From assembly GCA_025544715.1 (NCBI GenBank), contig GCA_025544715.1_4109.2: a stretch of 64,000 nt of DNA; one strand, 5' to 3'. The position numbers and the translations under genes were made by a program. The notes under the pieces are model-generated. The model saw only the letters and a list, made by a program, of their open reading frames with translations, ran no database searches and was not told the origin of the DNA. Origin of the DNA: Escherichia coli. Its GTDB lineage: Bacteria; Pseudomonadota; Gammaproteobacteria; Enterobacterales; Enterobacteriaceae. Below, piece after piece: positions 41,935-60,287 of this stretch (position 1 is its first letter; every line of letters begins with the position of its first letter).

Positions 41935-43899
41935 TTATTCCATCCAGTTCTTACGATCATCTGCACGTTTCTTGTTGAAAATCAAATCAAGAGTTTCACC
42001 AAGACGTCCATCATCGGTGATCGCTACTGCAACACTGTTAGTGAATGCATCACGGAAGTTTGCTTTTTCTAACGTACCCAATCCTTTAGCACGGGTTGCT
42101 TTCCAGCCTTTCCAATCATCTGGGTTATATTCATGCACATTATGACCATAGTAGTATTTTGATTCTTTACCTTTCTCAAGAATGATAAATGGTGTTTTGA
42201 ATACATACACAAATGGATTTTCTGGGTCTTGAAACAATTCAGGCCAGAATTTAAATAAGAAGTTACACACTAGAGCACCAATGTTCTTCCCATCTTCATC
42301 TTCATCAGCACAGATGTAAAGCTTACCATAGTTTAGTTCTGAACGTTCTGCTTTAACACCTGGAACTAAGTTGATACTAGCCATTATATCATGCAACGCC
42401 ATTGAATCCATTAATTCTTTGGTTTTCTCAGTACCACTGACGTTCATAATTTTCCCACGCAATGGTAGAATACCATGAATACTTGGTATACGAGCACTAG
42501 CCATGTTGGAAATTGCAGAGTCACCTTCTGCAATCAATAGAATACACTGTGAACGGTCTGTTCCAGTACTATCCAATAGTTTTGCAACTTTACCTTTCAG
42601 TAGTTTCTTTGCTAGACGGCGGTCTTCTTCTGCATCTTTCTTATTTGTACGGGCAGCACAACGTTCAAAGATTTCATCAACCCATTCCTTGTTCTTCTTA
42701 ACTAATTCATCAAACCATTCGGTATTCATAGCTTGTTGAATAGGACGGATTACGTTTTCATTAGTTAGTTTAGATTTAATCTGTGAGTTGAATGAAGGTG
42801 CTTTCATAGTTGTGACATTATAAATCAACAAACCTTCTTCAATATCAGAACGATTAGGTTTCATCCTACGTTTCTTAGATTCTTTCTCTAGTGCAGTTCC
42901 TACACCGAGTGAGAAGAATTTCTTGAATGTATCAAGATGTGTACCACCATCAAATGCAGGAGCATTGTTAACCAACCCATGCATATGGAAATTTGTGTTC
43001 ATGCCAGCTACTGCATTAGGAACAATATAAAAAGTACTGTTAAAATTGAATGAATCATCTTTAACATTCAACTGCATTAATTTAGATGCATTGAAGAGTG
43101 CTTTTTCAGTGTTCCCTTTAATAGCAATACGTTTCCCGTTCAGAAAGATTTTATAAGTTGGGTTAGCTGCTGCCATTTCTTTAAGAATACTATAAAGTAA
43201 TTCGGTTGGTAGTTTTCTGTTTGGAAAAACTTCTTTACTCAAAGTAAAACGAATTGTTGTTCCAGTTTTATCGGTTTGTACCTTTCTAATAGTAGGTTCA
43301 TGTACATGAAGCTCAGGGAACATAATAGTTCCTTCCTCAAACTTCTGATTGAACTTATAAAACCCATCATAACCATCATTACTACTTTGTGTTTTATACG
43401 GACGACCTTGGCGATGAATTTCCAACTCTGCCTTAGAACTGACAATCATTGCAACAGAACCACCTAAACCATTCTGACCAATCGTTTCATCACGTTTTGA
43501 ATCGTCAAAGTTACGGCCTGTTTTTGTTTCAGTCATTACCATAGTACACAAGTTTTTCTGATACTCTGGAACATAATCAATTGGAATACCACGTCCATTG
43601 TCACTAATTTCAAATGATAGTTCTTCTTCATTGAAATCAACTTTCAAAACAGGTTCTTTGGTTCCAGCTTTTTTAAATTCATCTAAGCTGTTATCAATAA
43701 TTTCACGTGTAGCAGTAAGAATTGCAGGAACCCATTCTACGTTCTTAACCTCATATCCTGATTCGCCAAAAATCAGTACTTGACTTTCATGTACTGAACG
43801 AGAACCAAGGTACATCTCGGTACGTAAACGAGCATGTTGATAATCATTTAGTCGTTGAACATCATGTTCCTGTAGAACAGCACTTTCTTTTTTAGCCAT
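41935..43899 (-). CDS. 39: DNA topoisomerase II large subunit (fused T4 gp39+gp60-like, GyrB homologue)
   Basis: GHKL ATPase motifs (EIIDNSLDE, GLGGS) and Toprim EGDSA; 654 aa is consistent with an unsplit gp39/gp60. Confidence 0.85.
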   Translation of the reverse strand: MAKKESAVLQEHDVQRLNDYQHARLRTEMYLGSRSVHESQVLIFGESGYEVKNVEWVPAILTATREIIDNSLDEFKKAGTKEPVLKVDFNEEELSFEISDNGRGIPIDYVPEYQKNLCTMVMTETKTGRNFDDSKRDETIGQNGLGGSVAMIVSSKAELEIHRQGRPYKTQSSNDGYDGFYKFNQKFEEGTIMFPELHVHEPTIRKVQTDKTGTTIRFTLSKEVFPNRKLPTELLYSILKEMAAANPTYKIFLNGKRIAIKGNTEKALFNASKLMQLNVKDDSFNFNSTFYIVPNAVAGMNTNFHMHGLVNNAPAFDGGTHLDTFKKFFSLGVGTALEKESKKRRMKPNRSDIEEGLLIYNVTTMKAPSFNSQIKSKLTNENVIRPIQQAMNTEWFDELVKKNKEWVDEIFERCAARTNKKDAEEDRRLAKKLLKGKVAKLLDSTGTDRSQCILLIAEGDSAISNMASARIPSIHGILPLRGKIMNVSGTEKTKELMDSMALHDIMASINLVPGVKAERSELNYGKLYICADEDEDGKNIGALVCNFLFKFWPELFQDPENPFVYVFKTPFIILEKGKESKYYYGHNVHEYNPDDWKGWKATRAKGLGTLEKANFRDAFTNSVAVAITDDGRLGETLDLIFNKKRADDRKNWME

Positions 43900-43961
43900 T
43901 TGAATTCCTTATCATGTCTCTTTGTCATAAAACATTGTATCACCAATGTTTTGTTTGTCTC

Positions 43962-43994
43962 AAAAAAAAATATCGGAACGATTTGTCCCGATAT
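43962..43994 (-). terminator. rho-independent terminator
   Basis: Stem ATATCGG/CCGATAT with 11-nt loop followed on the minus strand by an 8-nt U-run. Confidence 0.5.
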
Positions 43995-43998
43995 ATTA

Positions 43999-44789
43999 TT
44001 ATTTTACTAACATAAGTTGAAGTTCAGCACTCGGACTTGATTCATCATCACTCCAGTACTTATGAACTTTATCTGGACTCGCCTTAGCAAGAACTTCACC
44101 ACCACCAACAATATAAACTTGGTGTGAACCAATTAAACGGGTCCAGAATTTAATTGCATCATCAGTATGAAGACTATCACTAAGCACTTTAATACCATGT
44201 GATACCATATCCATAAAGATATTATAAATTATACCTTTAGTGCCTGTTTTAGAGGCAGTAGCAGCAATCTCGAAGACGTTTTGAACTCCAAGTACTGCAT
44301 CATTAGATAAATGCCCACTGACGATAGCAAGCTGTTTACCAGCCTTATCGTAAGCAATAAAACCAGTACCATTTTTATTCATATACACATCATAATCTTT
44401 GTGTTCAGCGAACTTAACCATATTGTGTTTACCAGTCATTTCAGCAGTTTTATCAACAAACTCATCTCTATTTTGACCTTGAAAACTATCGAAACGTTGT
44501 GGCATTTCATTCAATTTATCTTTATCGTCTTCACATGAATCCATTATATCACAAGTTCGGTCTTCAGTATCAGCTAATTCTGCATCTTGAACAATATCAA
44601 CTAAACTACGCATACTTGCTTCTTTTACTTTATTAGGAAGTTTAGAACTTTTTTTAAGATTACCTTCCTTTTCATCAGCGGCATTCCACTCTTTCGCTGC
44701 ACTTTGGGAAATTCCAGCTTTTTTTGCAAATTCTGGATTATGTGCTGCTGCGGCAAAGAATTTGGCTTGACTTTTACTTTTACTTGGCA

Positions 44790-44790
<1 letters not shown>
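43999..44790 (-). CDS. hypothetical protein with DUF3008-like N-terminus
   Basis: N-terminal MPSKSKSQAKFFAAAAHNPEFAKKAGISQSAAKEWN. Confidence 0.5.
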
Positions 44791-46952
<2,162 letters not shown>

Positions 46953-46967
46953 TTTTAAGTCTATATT

Positions 46968-48030
<1,063 letters not shown>

Positions 48031-48099
48031 GTAATAAAAGCTCCAATATGATTTTAATGTTTTGTTCGATAGTAATTATAGGATAGAACATTAGTTCTG

Positions 48100-48294
48100 T
48101 CAAGCACTATCATTGTGTTTTTTAATTGCTTCACAGATTGCTTGAACTTGAACAAGATAAGTTTTTGCAAATTCTGCTTGGGTTCGCACACGTGGATTTG
48201 GTGCGTCTTTGATCATAAGTTCTAGGTCATAAACTACCTTATCAAAAACTCCCTTGTCTTCAATAATACGATCATAAAATGTTTTGTCAGTCAT
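48100..48294 (-). CDS. hypothetical small protein
   Basis: 64-aa ORF. Confidence 0.4.
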   Translation of the reverse strand: MTDKTFYDRIIEDKGVFDKVVYDLELMIKDAPNPRVRTQAEFAKTYLVQVQAICEAIKKHNDSA

Positions 48295-48317
48295 GTCAAG
48301 AACTCCATGTTATAAAA

Positions 48318-48908
48318 TTATAATTTAACGTAAGATACTACTGATGCATCAGTAACTGAAGGAACATTAAGATACACGTTCTCATATTCAATAAAATCAA
48401 CAGTACTTGTAGTAAGTGCGTTCTTGATTCTCTGAATGGTTTTTTGTACAGTTATTTCTTCATTTACGATAGCATTAGTACCGTCACCTTTCAATGAATC
48501 ATTGATTAGTTTTTGAATTATTTCAGCAGCTTTTGCAGTTTTCATATCTTCAGTAGTTAGTGCAGCTTGGTCAGCAACACTCAAAGTACTAAGAAAAGGT
48601 TGATAACTAATATATCCAACGGTGATTGTTGCACCAGTTGGAATCGTTTTTGCAGTTCCTGGTGTAGCAAATTCAACATTGCTATAAACTGGTACTGAAT
48701 AAGTTGAAAGCAAACGAGAAAGTTGTAGGTAACGCAAAAGTGCAATTGACTTATCAATAGTTTGCTGGTCAGTCGGTGCGGTTGTTGGGGAAGATGAATC
48801 ATAATCACCATACATATAATATGGGATATTATCTAGGTTCGTCCCTGCAACTTCAATTTTAAATACTTGTAGTAGATTGTTCATTGTATATTCTTCTCCA
48901 TAATACAA
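48318..48908 (-). CDS. hypothetical protein
   Basis: 196-aa ORF. Confidence 0.5.
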   Translation of the reverse strand: MYYGEEYTMNNLLQVFKIEVAGTNLDNIPYYMYGDYDSSSPTTAPTDQQTIDKSIALLRYLQLSRLLSTYSVPVYSNVEFATPGTAKTIPTGATITVGYISYQPFLSTLSVADQAALTTEDMKTAKAAEIIQKLINDSLKGDGTNAIVNEEITVQKTIQRIKNALTTSTVDFIEYENVYLNVPSVTDASVVSYVKL

Positions 48909-48967
48909 AACACTTTTGATTATTTATTATTAAAAATCAAAAATATTTACGTATAACATTTAGTCTT

Positions 48968-50311
48968 TTAGAATCGTGCATTTTGCCTCAACATAACACT
49001 ATAGCGTGGGCGTGTCATGGCAGTGTATAAAATTCTACACTTAGTATCATTTGTACCAATACGTTCAATAAAATCAGTATCAAACCAAATGTTATCAAAA
49101 GTACTTCCTTGTGATTTATGAACAGTGGTTGCATAAGGATAATTGATGATATGTAATTTGTTCTTAATTACATAGTAATCCTGCCACATATATGGTTTCT
49201 TTGTCAATGGATTTATTTCTTTTTTCTCAATATCCTTAACAAGTTTATCAAGTTTTTCGTCCATTGCAATTCTTGTTTCTGGTCCTACACCTAAAATATA
49301 ACTACCATTAGGTAAACGGAATTGCCAACAATCTATTCCCATGAAACTTTCACGTTTTACTTCAGGACATTGTATAATTTGTTGTACTACATATGGACTA
49401 TTCTCAGTTATGCTTTCAAAAACAATTGGCTCACCTTTAGTAAATTCATCTGGTACTTCAAATAGTTGACTTCTAATGTAGATATTAGCTAAATTAACTC
49501 TATAGTTAGTATATGCTAAGATTTTATTTTCATTTACGAAATCAAATATTTTTTTAGATGACCCCTTGTTTTCCATAATGAATTCACGATAAACATTCAA
49601 AAACAAATCTTCATCATCAATAGGTGTAATAGTGCTTAAACCATATGTTTGGTGCATAATATCAAATGGATTTTTACTAGTTCCAATACACTCACGAATA
49701 GCAGTTGCAACTGCCAGAATCGGATTATCTAATGCTTGTCGTAAAACCTCAGTTAACTCATATTGAACAGGTACATCAAACGTAGGAGACAATTTAGTCT
49801 CGCCCATTGTTCCTTCTGACTCAACTGGAGGCAATTGACAACGATCACCAATGAATAAAACTGCTCGACGGACACGCCACAATTGGTCTTGTATGTGCTG
49901 GAATAGTTCATCTGAAATCATACTACACTCATCAACAATAAGAATGTCAACGTTAGTATTACTAACTTTACTTTGTGGATCATGCTTCAGTACTTGACGA
50001 TTCTTTTCATATACTAATTTTAATCCTAAAAAAGAGTGTATTGTACTTACTTGTGCATCTTCCTTAGTAAGACCAGCATTATTGATTAGCATATTACGAA
50101 TAACAGCATTGGCTTTATGTGTAGGTGAAGTTACTGCAATATTATAGTTTTTACATAGTGCTTTTACAATCTCAGCAGTAGTGAATGTTTTTCCAGTTCC
50201 TGCTGGAGCAGATAAAACCGAAATTGTCTTACCTGCATAGTTGTAAACACGATCTATAAAATCATCAAAGATTTCTTGTTGCTTATCCGTAAGCTTAATT
50301 TTACTCATCAT
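48968..50311 (-). CDS. dda: Dda-like SF1B DNA helicase
   Basis: Walker A APAGTGKTF, DEC-type Walker B (VDECSM), C-terminal helicase motifs; collinear with T4 Dda as recalled. Confidence 0.8.
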   Translation of the reverse strand: MMSKIKLTDKQQEIFDDFIDRVYNYAGKTISVLSAPAGTGKTFTTAEIVKALCKNYNIAVTSPTHKANAVIRNMLINNAGLTKEDAQVSTIHSFLGLKLVYEKNRQVLKHDPQSKVSNTNVDILIVDECSMISDELFQHIQDQLWRVRRAVLFIGDRCQLPPVESEGTMGETKLSPTFDVPVQYELTEVLRQALDNPILAVATAIRECIGTSKNPFDIMHQTYGLSTITPIDDEDLFLNVYREFIMENKGSSKKIFDFVNENKILAYTNYRVNLANIYIRSQLFEVPDEFTKGEPIVFESITENSPYVVQQIIQCPEVKRESFMGIDCWQFRLPNGSYILGVGPETRIAMDEKLDKLVKDIEKKEINPLTKKPYMWQDYYVIKNKLHIINYPYATTVHKSQGSTFDNIWFDTDFIERIGTNDTKCRILYTAMTRPRYSVMLRQNARF

Positions 50312-50338
50312 TCCCTCGACTGATTTTTACATTTCAAG

Positions 50339-51641
<1,303 letters not shown>

Positions 51642-51726
51642 ATTACTTCTTTCTCCATATAAACTATGTAAAACGTAAAATTGGGTAAATACTTTATAAA
51701 AATAACAATAAGATTGGAGATTAACA

Positions 51727-53164
<1,438 letters not shown>

Positions 53165-53165
53165 A

Positions 53166-54641
<1,476 letters not shown>

Positions 54642-54777
54642 CTAGTACCATCACTTAAGATTATACCATTATCACAAACATCAATCACAGTACCAGTTAC
54701 CTTCACACCACCAGTAAGATAAAAATCATATATGACATTAGCATCTATCGTAAAAATATCTTTCATACATTATACCC

Positions 54778-54797
54778 ATAAGAAAAGGGATTCATAG
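54778..54797 (-). terminator. rho-independent terminator
   Basis: Perfect 7-bp stem GGGATTC/GAATCCC with 3-nt loop, followed on the minus strand by TTTTCTT; lies after nrdB. Confidence 0.5.
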
Positions 54798-54816
54798 AAT
54801 CCCTGATAGTTTGAAT

Positions 54817-55941
54817 TTATAGTTTGAATGGTGAGAATGTATCTACTTGGATATCATTCACAATACCACCAATGATGTAAGAACTTATTTCAGTTTCTTG
54901 TGGTGCAACTTGTACTGAACCACCACTAACCCAATGCTCAGTCCAAGGTAGTGGGTTACTCTTAGATACGGTATATGGACATTTAATTCCTAGTGCAGTC
55001 ATACGCTTAGAACCAATCCAACGAACATATTGTTTTAGAATTTCTGCATTCAGTCCAATGATTGAACCATCTTTAAAGAGGAAGTCTGCCCAAGCTTCTT
55101 CTTGACGGATAGCAGACATAAACATTTCCAGTACTTCATCATAACACTCTTCTGCTATTTTTACCATATCTGGATCTTCTTTTTTGAGAAGACGTAGAAT
55201 CATTTGGGTTGCTGCTAGGTGTAGGTTTTCATCACGACAGATTAGACGGATAATCTTAGCATTACCTTCCATTAGATTGTTTTCAGCAAACGCCCAAGAA
55301 CACGCAAAGCTTGCATAAAAACGAACACCTTCAAGAATGTTAATACTATTCAGACACAACCATAGTTTTTTCTTTAGTTCGTATAAACTAATTTCGACTG
55401 TTTCACCATTGATTGTATGTGTACCAACACCTAATGCACGGTATAGAGTACCTAGTACATCAAGATCATCATAGTATTTGGAAACATCAGCAGCACAATC
55501 AGTGATTTCTGGAATGTCCAACATAGTATCAAATACTTCAGAAGGATTAGGATAAATGTTACGAATAATATGAGTGTATGATTTACTATGAATCGCACCT
55601 TCGAAGAATGCCCATGTCTCAATGAAGTTCTCTAGTTCAGGTAGAGATGCATAGGGAAGTAGCATTAAGTTAGGACCACGACCTTGTACGGAATCAAGAA
55701 GAATTTGACGTTTCAAGTTAGAGGTAAAAATGTGCTTCTCGGAATCATTAAGGTTGGCAAAATCAATTTTATCTTTAGATACGTCAACTTCACCAGGAGT
55801 CCAGAAGAAACTTTTCTGTTGCTCTGTTAGTTTTTCAAGTGTAGAGTATTTGTTACTTTCAAAGCGTTGGATATCAACACTTTCATCAAAAAACATATTT
55901 TTTTCTAGGTGAGACTTCTCGTTAATTTTGAAAACTGACAT
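54817..55941 (-). CDS. nrdB: ribonucleotide reductase class Ia small (beta) subunit
   Basis: 374 aa, assigned as NrdB by overall resemblance to class Ia beta subunits (memory only); contiguous with no intron. Confidence 0.85.
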   Translation of the reverse strand: MSVFKINEKSHLEKNMFFDESVDIQRFESNKYSTLEKLTEQQKSFFWTPGEVDVSKDKIDFANLNDSEKHIFTSNLKRQILLDSVQGRGPNLMLLPYASLPELENFIETWAFFEGAIHSKSYTHIIRNIYPNPSEVFDTMLDIPEITDCAADVSKYYDDLDVLGTLYRALGVGTHTINGETVEISLYELKKKLWLCLNSINILEGVRFYASFACSWAFAENNLMEGNAKIIRLICRDENLHLAATQMILRLLKKEDPDMVKIAEECYDEVLEMFMSAIRQEEAWADFLFKDGSIIGLNAEILKQYVRWIGSKRMTALGIKCPYTVSKSNPLPWTEHWVSGGSVQVAPQETEISSYIIGGIVNDIQVDTFSPFKL

Positions 55942-55971
55942 ATATATTCCTTTATATATTTTGAAATAATA

Positions 55972-55989
55972 ATCCCGCCGAAGCGGGAT
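55972..55989 (-). promoter_or_regulatory. intercistronic hairpin between nrdA and nrdB
   Basis: Stem ATCCCGC/GCGGGAT with loop CGAA; weak U-run on the minus strand. Confidence 0.4.
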
Positions 55990-55995
55990 CTTAAA

Positions 55996-58314
55996 TTAGA
56001 TTTTACAACTATCACAATCACCTTCATCTAAATCAGGAAGTGATGGTAATACAAATTGTCCAGATTCTGGTTTGGCAGCTTCTTTCAGTACTTTTTCAAC
56101 GTCAACTTCATCAGAACCATCATTGGTATTATGATAATAAAGATTTTTCAAACCAACCTTATATGCATACATAAGTTCAGTTAGAAGAGTTGACATTGGC
56201 AACTTACCATCAGGGAAGTGTATTGGGTTATAGCTAGTATTAACACTGATACTTTGGTCAATGTATTTTTGTAGAACACCACAGATTTGTAGATAACCAA
56301 TGTTATCTTTCTGATCCCATAGTAAATCATATTTGTTTTTCAACTTATTGATTTCTGGAACTACTTGTTTAAGAATACCATCCTTAGATAGTTTCTTAGT
56401 TACAAGAGAACGTGGCTTTTCAATACCGTTAGTACTGTTACTGATTTGTGCACTTGTTTCTGCTGGCATTAATGCCATTGTTGTTGCGTTACGAATACCA
56501 TATTCTTTGATATCTGCACGTAAGGATTCCCAATCTTGTTTTAGTTCTTTAGTTACTAATTCATCAATGTCAGATTTATAAGTATCAATTGGAAGAATAC
56601 CTTTGGCATATTTTAGATTATCAAATCCTTCACACTTACCTTTCTCTTTAGCAAGCTGTACAGAAGATTTAATTAGATAGTACGACCATGCTTCAGCCCA
56701 CTCGTTAACTGTTTCTAGTGCTGCTTCATTATAACGTAAACCACGTTTAGCAAGGAAGTATGCAAAGTTAATAATACCAACACCTAGTGGACGATACATT
56801 TTTGTTGCTCGGTCCGCATGAACTACTGGGTAGTCTTGATAGTCCAATAGTGAATCAAGAGCACGAACAGAAAGATCACATGCAGTTTCCATATCTTCTG
56901 GTTTATCAAAGTTACCCCAGTTAATTGCACTCAACGTACATAGGCTAATCAAACCTTCACCAGTATTAATATCATCAAATGGAACAGATGGTAGTGCGAT
57001 TTCTTGACACAAGTTGGATTGTTCGATAGGAGCAATTGATTCAATAAATGTTGAGTGAGTGTTTGCATGGTCAATATTTTGAATATAGATACGACCAGTT
57101 TCTGCACGTTCAGTCATTAGAGTACTGAATACTTCAACAGCAGGTACGGATTTTTTACGGATGCTTTGGTCAGCTTCGTATTTTTTATATAGTTTTTCAA
57201 ATTCTTTTTGGTCAGAACAGAATGCTTCATATAGCCCAGGAACTTCATTAGGACTAAAGAATGTAATGTTCTTTCCATCAACCAAACGTTTATATAAAGT
57301 TTTGTTTACTTGGAAACAATAGTCTAGTTGACGTACACGGTTAAACTCTGTACCTTTGTTATTTTTAAGTACTACTAGGTTATCAAACTCCAAATGCCAC
57401 AATGGGAAGTGAACAGTTGCTGCACCACCACGCACACCACCCTGTGAGCAGCTTTTAACGGTCTTAGCAGTTGCTGCGATAAAAGGAATCAACCCAGTAT
57501 GTACTGCATCACCTGAACGAATCTCAGAGTCTAGAGCACGAATACGGCCCATATTAATACCTAGTCCAGCTTTACGTGAGATATAGCGTAGAATAGCGTG
57601 ATTTGATGAACCAATACTATCTAAACTATCACCAACGTTCAGTACTACACAAGAACTAAACTGACGTGTGTTAGTACGTAGACCTGCCATAATAGGTGTT
57701 GGAAGACTGATGTCAAAATTACTTACTGCGTCATAAAACTTTTTAACATATGACATACGTACAGAACGATCATACTCCATAAAGATGATTGCTGCAATAG
57801 TCATATATGCCATTTGTGGGGTTTCATAAATTTTCTTAGTGACTCGGTTTTTATAAAGATACTTTCCTTCCCACTGACGCATAGCAACATAAGTAAATTT
57901 GTCGTCACGCTTATGTTTGATATAACGCCCAAGCTCTTCTATTTCTTGAAGAGTATATTTCTCCAAAATTTCAGGATCATATATTTTAGTATCTACCATT
58001 TCTTGAAGATGAGCAGTATACTTAATTGGGTCATACTGTCCATATACTTGCTTACGAATACTATAGTTTAATAATCTTCCAGCAACGTATTGATAGTTTG
58101 GCGTATCTTCAGAAATAAGTTCTGCTGCTGCTTTTATTAGAATATCATGAATAGTACTGGTTTCAATACCTTCATAAAACTGAAGCTGTGCACGGATTTC
58201 AATTTCAGAAACGGAAATACCACTTAACCCTTCAGCAGCGAAAAATAAAATTTGATGGATCTTATCCAATGATAACGGCTCTTTCATTCCATTACGCTTG
58301 GTTACGTTAATCAT
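55996..58314 (-). CDS. nrdA: ribonucleotide reductase class Ia large (alpha) subunit
   Basis: 772 aa, assigned as NrdA by overall resemblance; C-terminal CDSCKI redox-cysteine tail like E. coli CESGACKI; no intein-sized insertion. Confidence 0.9.
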   Translation of the reverse strand: MINVTKRNGMKEPLSLDKIHQILFFAAEGLSGISVSEIEIRAQLQFYEGIETSTIHDILIKAAAELISEDTPNYQYVAGRLLNYSIRKQVYGQYDPIKYTAHLQEMVDTKIYDPEILEKYTLQEIEELGRYIKHKRDDKFTYVAMRQWEGKYLYKNRVTKKIYETPQMAYMTIAAIIFMEYDRSVRMSYVKKFYDAVSNFDISLPTPIMAGLRTNTRQFSSCVVLNVGDSLDSIGSSNHAILRYISRKAGLGINMGRIRALDSEIRSGDAVHTGLIPFIAATAKTVKSCSQGGVRGGAATVHFPLWHLEFDNLVVLKNNKGTEFNRVRQLDYCFQVNKTLYKRLVDGKNITFFSPNEVPGLYEAFCSDQKEFEKLYKKYEADQSIRKKSVPAVEVFSTLMTERAETGRIYIQNIDHANTHSTFIESIAPIEQSNLCQEIALPSVPFDDINTGEGLISLCTLSAINWGNFDKPEDMETACDLSVRALDSLLDYQDYPVVHADRATKMYRPLGVGIINFAYFLAKRGLRYNEAALETVNEWAEAWSYYLIKSSVQLAKEKGKCEGFDNLKYAKGILPIDTYKSDIDELVTKELKQDWESLRADIKEYGIRNATTMALMPAETSAQISNSTNGIEKPRSLVTKKLSKDGILKQVVPEINKLKNKYDLLWDQKDNIGYLQICGVLQKYIDQSISVNTSYNPIHFPDGKLPMSTLLTELMYAYKVGLKNLYYHNTNDGSDEVDVEKVLKEAAKPESGQFVLPSLPDLDEGDCDSCKI

Positions 58315-58354
58315 GTGTCATCCTTGTTTATTGATATAAATTTCTTTTTTTAGT

Positions 58355-58376
58355 GGAAGAAAAAGGCGGGACGCCT
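58355..58376 (-). terminator. rho-independent terminator
   Basis: Stem GGCG/CGCC with 3-nt loop followed on the minus strand by TTTTTCTT. Confidence 0.45.
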
Positions 58377-58377
58377 T

Positions 58378-58959
58378 TTAAGGTTTGTCCCACCCACGAT
58401 ATACAAATTCTATATGATATCCTGAATTTAAATAATCCGAGTTAACTATGTTAAATTGCATATTTCCAGTTATTGAATCATATGCAGGATCTTCAAATGA
58501 GATAGATATAATTGCATCAGTACGATTTGTGTTATTAGACTGTGCAATCATTGTGTTTGAACCAGCGGCTACTAGTTGAATAGTTCCTGATTCTAAAACC
58601 GTTTCTGTATCATCATATGCAATATAATCGATGAATACTCTGCTTTCACTTTCAAGAATAACTTCTATACTTTCTTGATTTTGTGGAAGATCAACTTTAA
58701 ACGGTCTATTAATTATTTTTGATACCGTTCTCCACGGTGAAAATTCTGTAATTATTTCTACGTTTTCTTTACCTGAATTTGGATCAGTAGTCCAAGTTCT
58801 TCCAGCGACTAAGCTGGCTGGGTCAGATGATGATGGAAGGCCAATAAAAACACGACCCACATCAGTACTGAATCCTATCTGACCTTTTTCTAATGCATCA
58901 GGTAAGTCTCTCTGTTTACCAGTTCTTACTTGTTGTAAAGCAATTTGTTGTTGTGCCAT
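58378..58959 (-). CDS. hypothetical protein
   Basis: 193-aa ORF. Confidence 0.5.
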   Translation of the reverse strand: MAQQQIALQQVRTGKQRDLPDALEKGQIGFSTDVGRVFIGLPSSSDPASLVAGRTWTTDPNSGKENVEIITEFSPWRTVSKIINRPFKVDLPQNQESIEVILESESRVFIDYIAYDDTETVLESGTIQLVAAGSNTMIAQSNNTNRTDAIISISFEDPAYDSITGNMQFNIVNSDYLNSGYHIEFVYRGWDKP

Positions 58960-58987
58960 AAAAACTATCTCCTATAGTATTATAGGA

Positions 58988-59560
58988 TTATTTAGCTTTT
59001 TCTTTAACTTCCGCAATACGCTCATTAATTAGTTGAGATACAACTGAGCTATCTACAGAAGATAGAATTTGTTCTGGTACTAAAGATTTTAAATGTTTAA
59101 CATAATTGGAAACACTTTTTAATTCTTTAGTTTGCAATGCTTCTTTGATAATGTCCAAATCTTCTTTAGATGAAACAACACGCTCAATAACAACTTCATC
59201 TTCTTCCAATTCAGGAGCAAGTTCTTCTGCAATAATTTCTACTTCTTCAGAAACTTTAACTTGTTCTTCACTATCAACAACATACTCTTGAATAACTTCT
59301 GGTGGTACATTGCGTGATACTTCATCAACACTAATATCTTGTGCAATTTGTTCTTTAATTTCTTCAACAGGTTTAGCACCACGTTGTTTATAATCTTTGA
59401 TATTTAGAATTAGCTTATTTGATAAATCCAGTTTATCAATCTCTTCTTCACTAAGTTTAATTACTTCTTCTAAATCATAACCTTTACTTACTAGTGCACG
59501 AATTGTATATAGATCTTGTTTCATTTTTTTATGCTGCTCCATTTGATTCAATTTCTCCAC
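58988..59560 (-). CDS. hypothetical acidic protein
   Basis: 190 aa, Glu/Val-rich, predicted helical. Confidence 0.5.
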   Translation of the reverse strand: MEKLNQMEQHKKMKQDLYTIRALVSKGYDLEEVIKLSEEEIDKLDLSNKLILNIKDYKQRGAKPVEEIKEQIAQDISVDEVSRNVPPEVIQEYVVDSEEQVKVSEEVEIIAEELAPELEEDEVVIERVVSSKEDLDIIKEALQTKELKSVSNYVKHLKSLVPEQILSSVDSSVVSQLINERIAEVKEKAK

Positions 59561-60248
59561 GTAAAATATAGTATTGTTCTACACGTTCAATCCACATATT
59601 GACTGCATCTTTGAAGTCTTGTCCTTCTATGACAAACTCTTGATATTGTAGATTGTTAGGATCTTTTCTTACACAGATGAAAATCACACCACGTTCTATA
59701 TTAGTTCCAAACATTTGATTATGGGCTAATGCATATGCTGCAATTTGCATACGATAATTTTCGATTTGTCCCCACTTCTTAACTTTACGGGAATTTTTAT
59801 AATCCATAATGGTTGGGATTCCATCATGAACACCTACTAAATCAGTTGTTCCGGCCCATAAACCTTCATAGTACAATGGGACTTCCTGTCCCCATACTTC
59901 ATTAATTTTAGGCCATGCTTCTTGCTGAATTTTGTCAGCCATTCTACGTGCAAGAACTCGAATTGGCATACCACCTTCATGATCTGGCTTTCCTTCCAAT
60001 CTAAATTCCAAGTTCTCATGCATAAAAGTACCAACTGTACATGCTTCTAATGTAATCTCATTAGCCTTTTCTTCACCAACAAATTCTCTCCATTTCTTTA
60101 AACCTTCGTCATTCGAGGTCGCACTTAGAATTGTTGTTACTGACGGCAGATTACCTGTTGGAGTTGAATAAAGGCGACCTTCTGGGCCGCCTTCAATTCT
60201 ATTGTAACCAACATATGTATATCTGCTAACAATTGGTGGTGTGTACAT
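59529..60248 (-). CDS. PD-(D/E)xK nuclease (lambda-Exo / RecB-like fold), putative
   Basis: TDLVG (D), MDYK (D/E-x-K) and QIAAY (QxxxY) arranged as in PD-(D/E)xK nucleases. Confidence 0.5.
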   Translation of the reverse strand: MYTPPIVSRYTYVGYNRIEGGPEGRLYSTPTGNLPSVTTILSATSNDEGLKKWREFVGEEKANEITLEACTVGTFMHENLEFRLEGKPDHEGGMPIRVLARRMADKIQQEAWPKINEVWGQEVPLYYEGLWAGTTDLVGVHDGIPTIMDYKNSRKVKKWGQIENYRMQIAAYALAHNQMFGTNIERGVIFICVRKDPNNLQYQEFVIEGQDFKDAVNMWIERVEQYYILRGEIESNGAA

Positions 60249-60287
60249 CCGTGTACTCCTAATTATAGCATTATATTTTAATTTGTC

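Noticed and set aside
54817-58314. Group I introns or inteins in nrdB/nrdA, as seen in T4 and relatives
   Set aside because: Both ORFs are contiguous at typical lengths (374 and 772 aa) with no inserted block; the intergenic hairpin is too small to be an intron.
59837-60034. Alternative-frame minus-strand ORFs nested in longer genes (59837-60034, 15520-15777, 32600-32824, 48581-48811, 43239-43445)
   Set aside because: Each lies inside a longer ORF that has recognisable motifs or better operon context.
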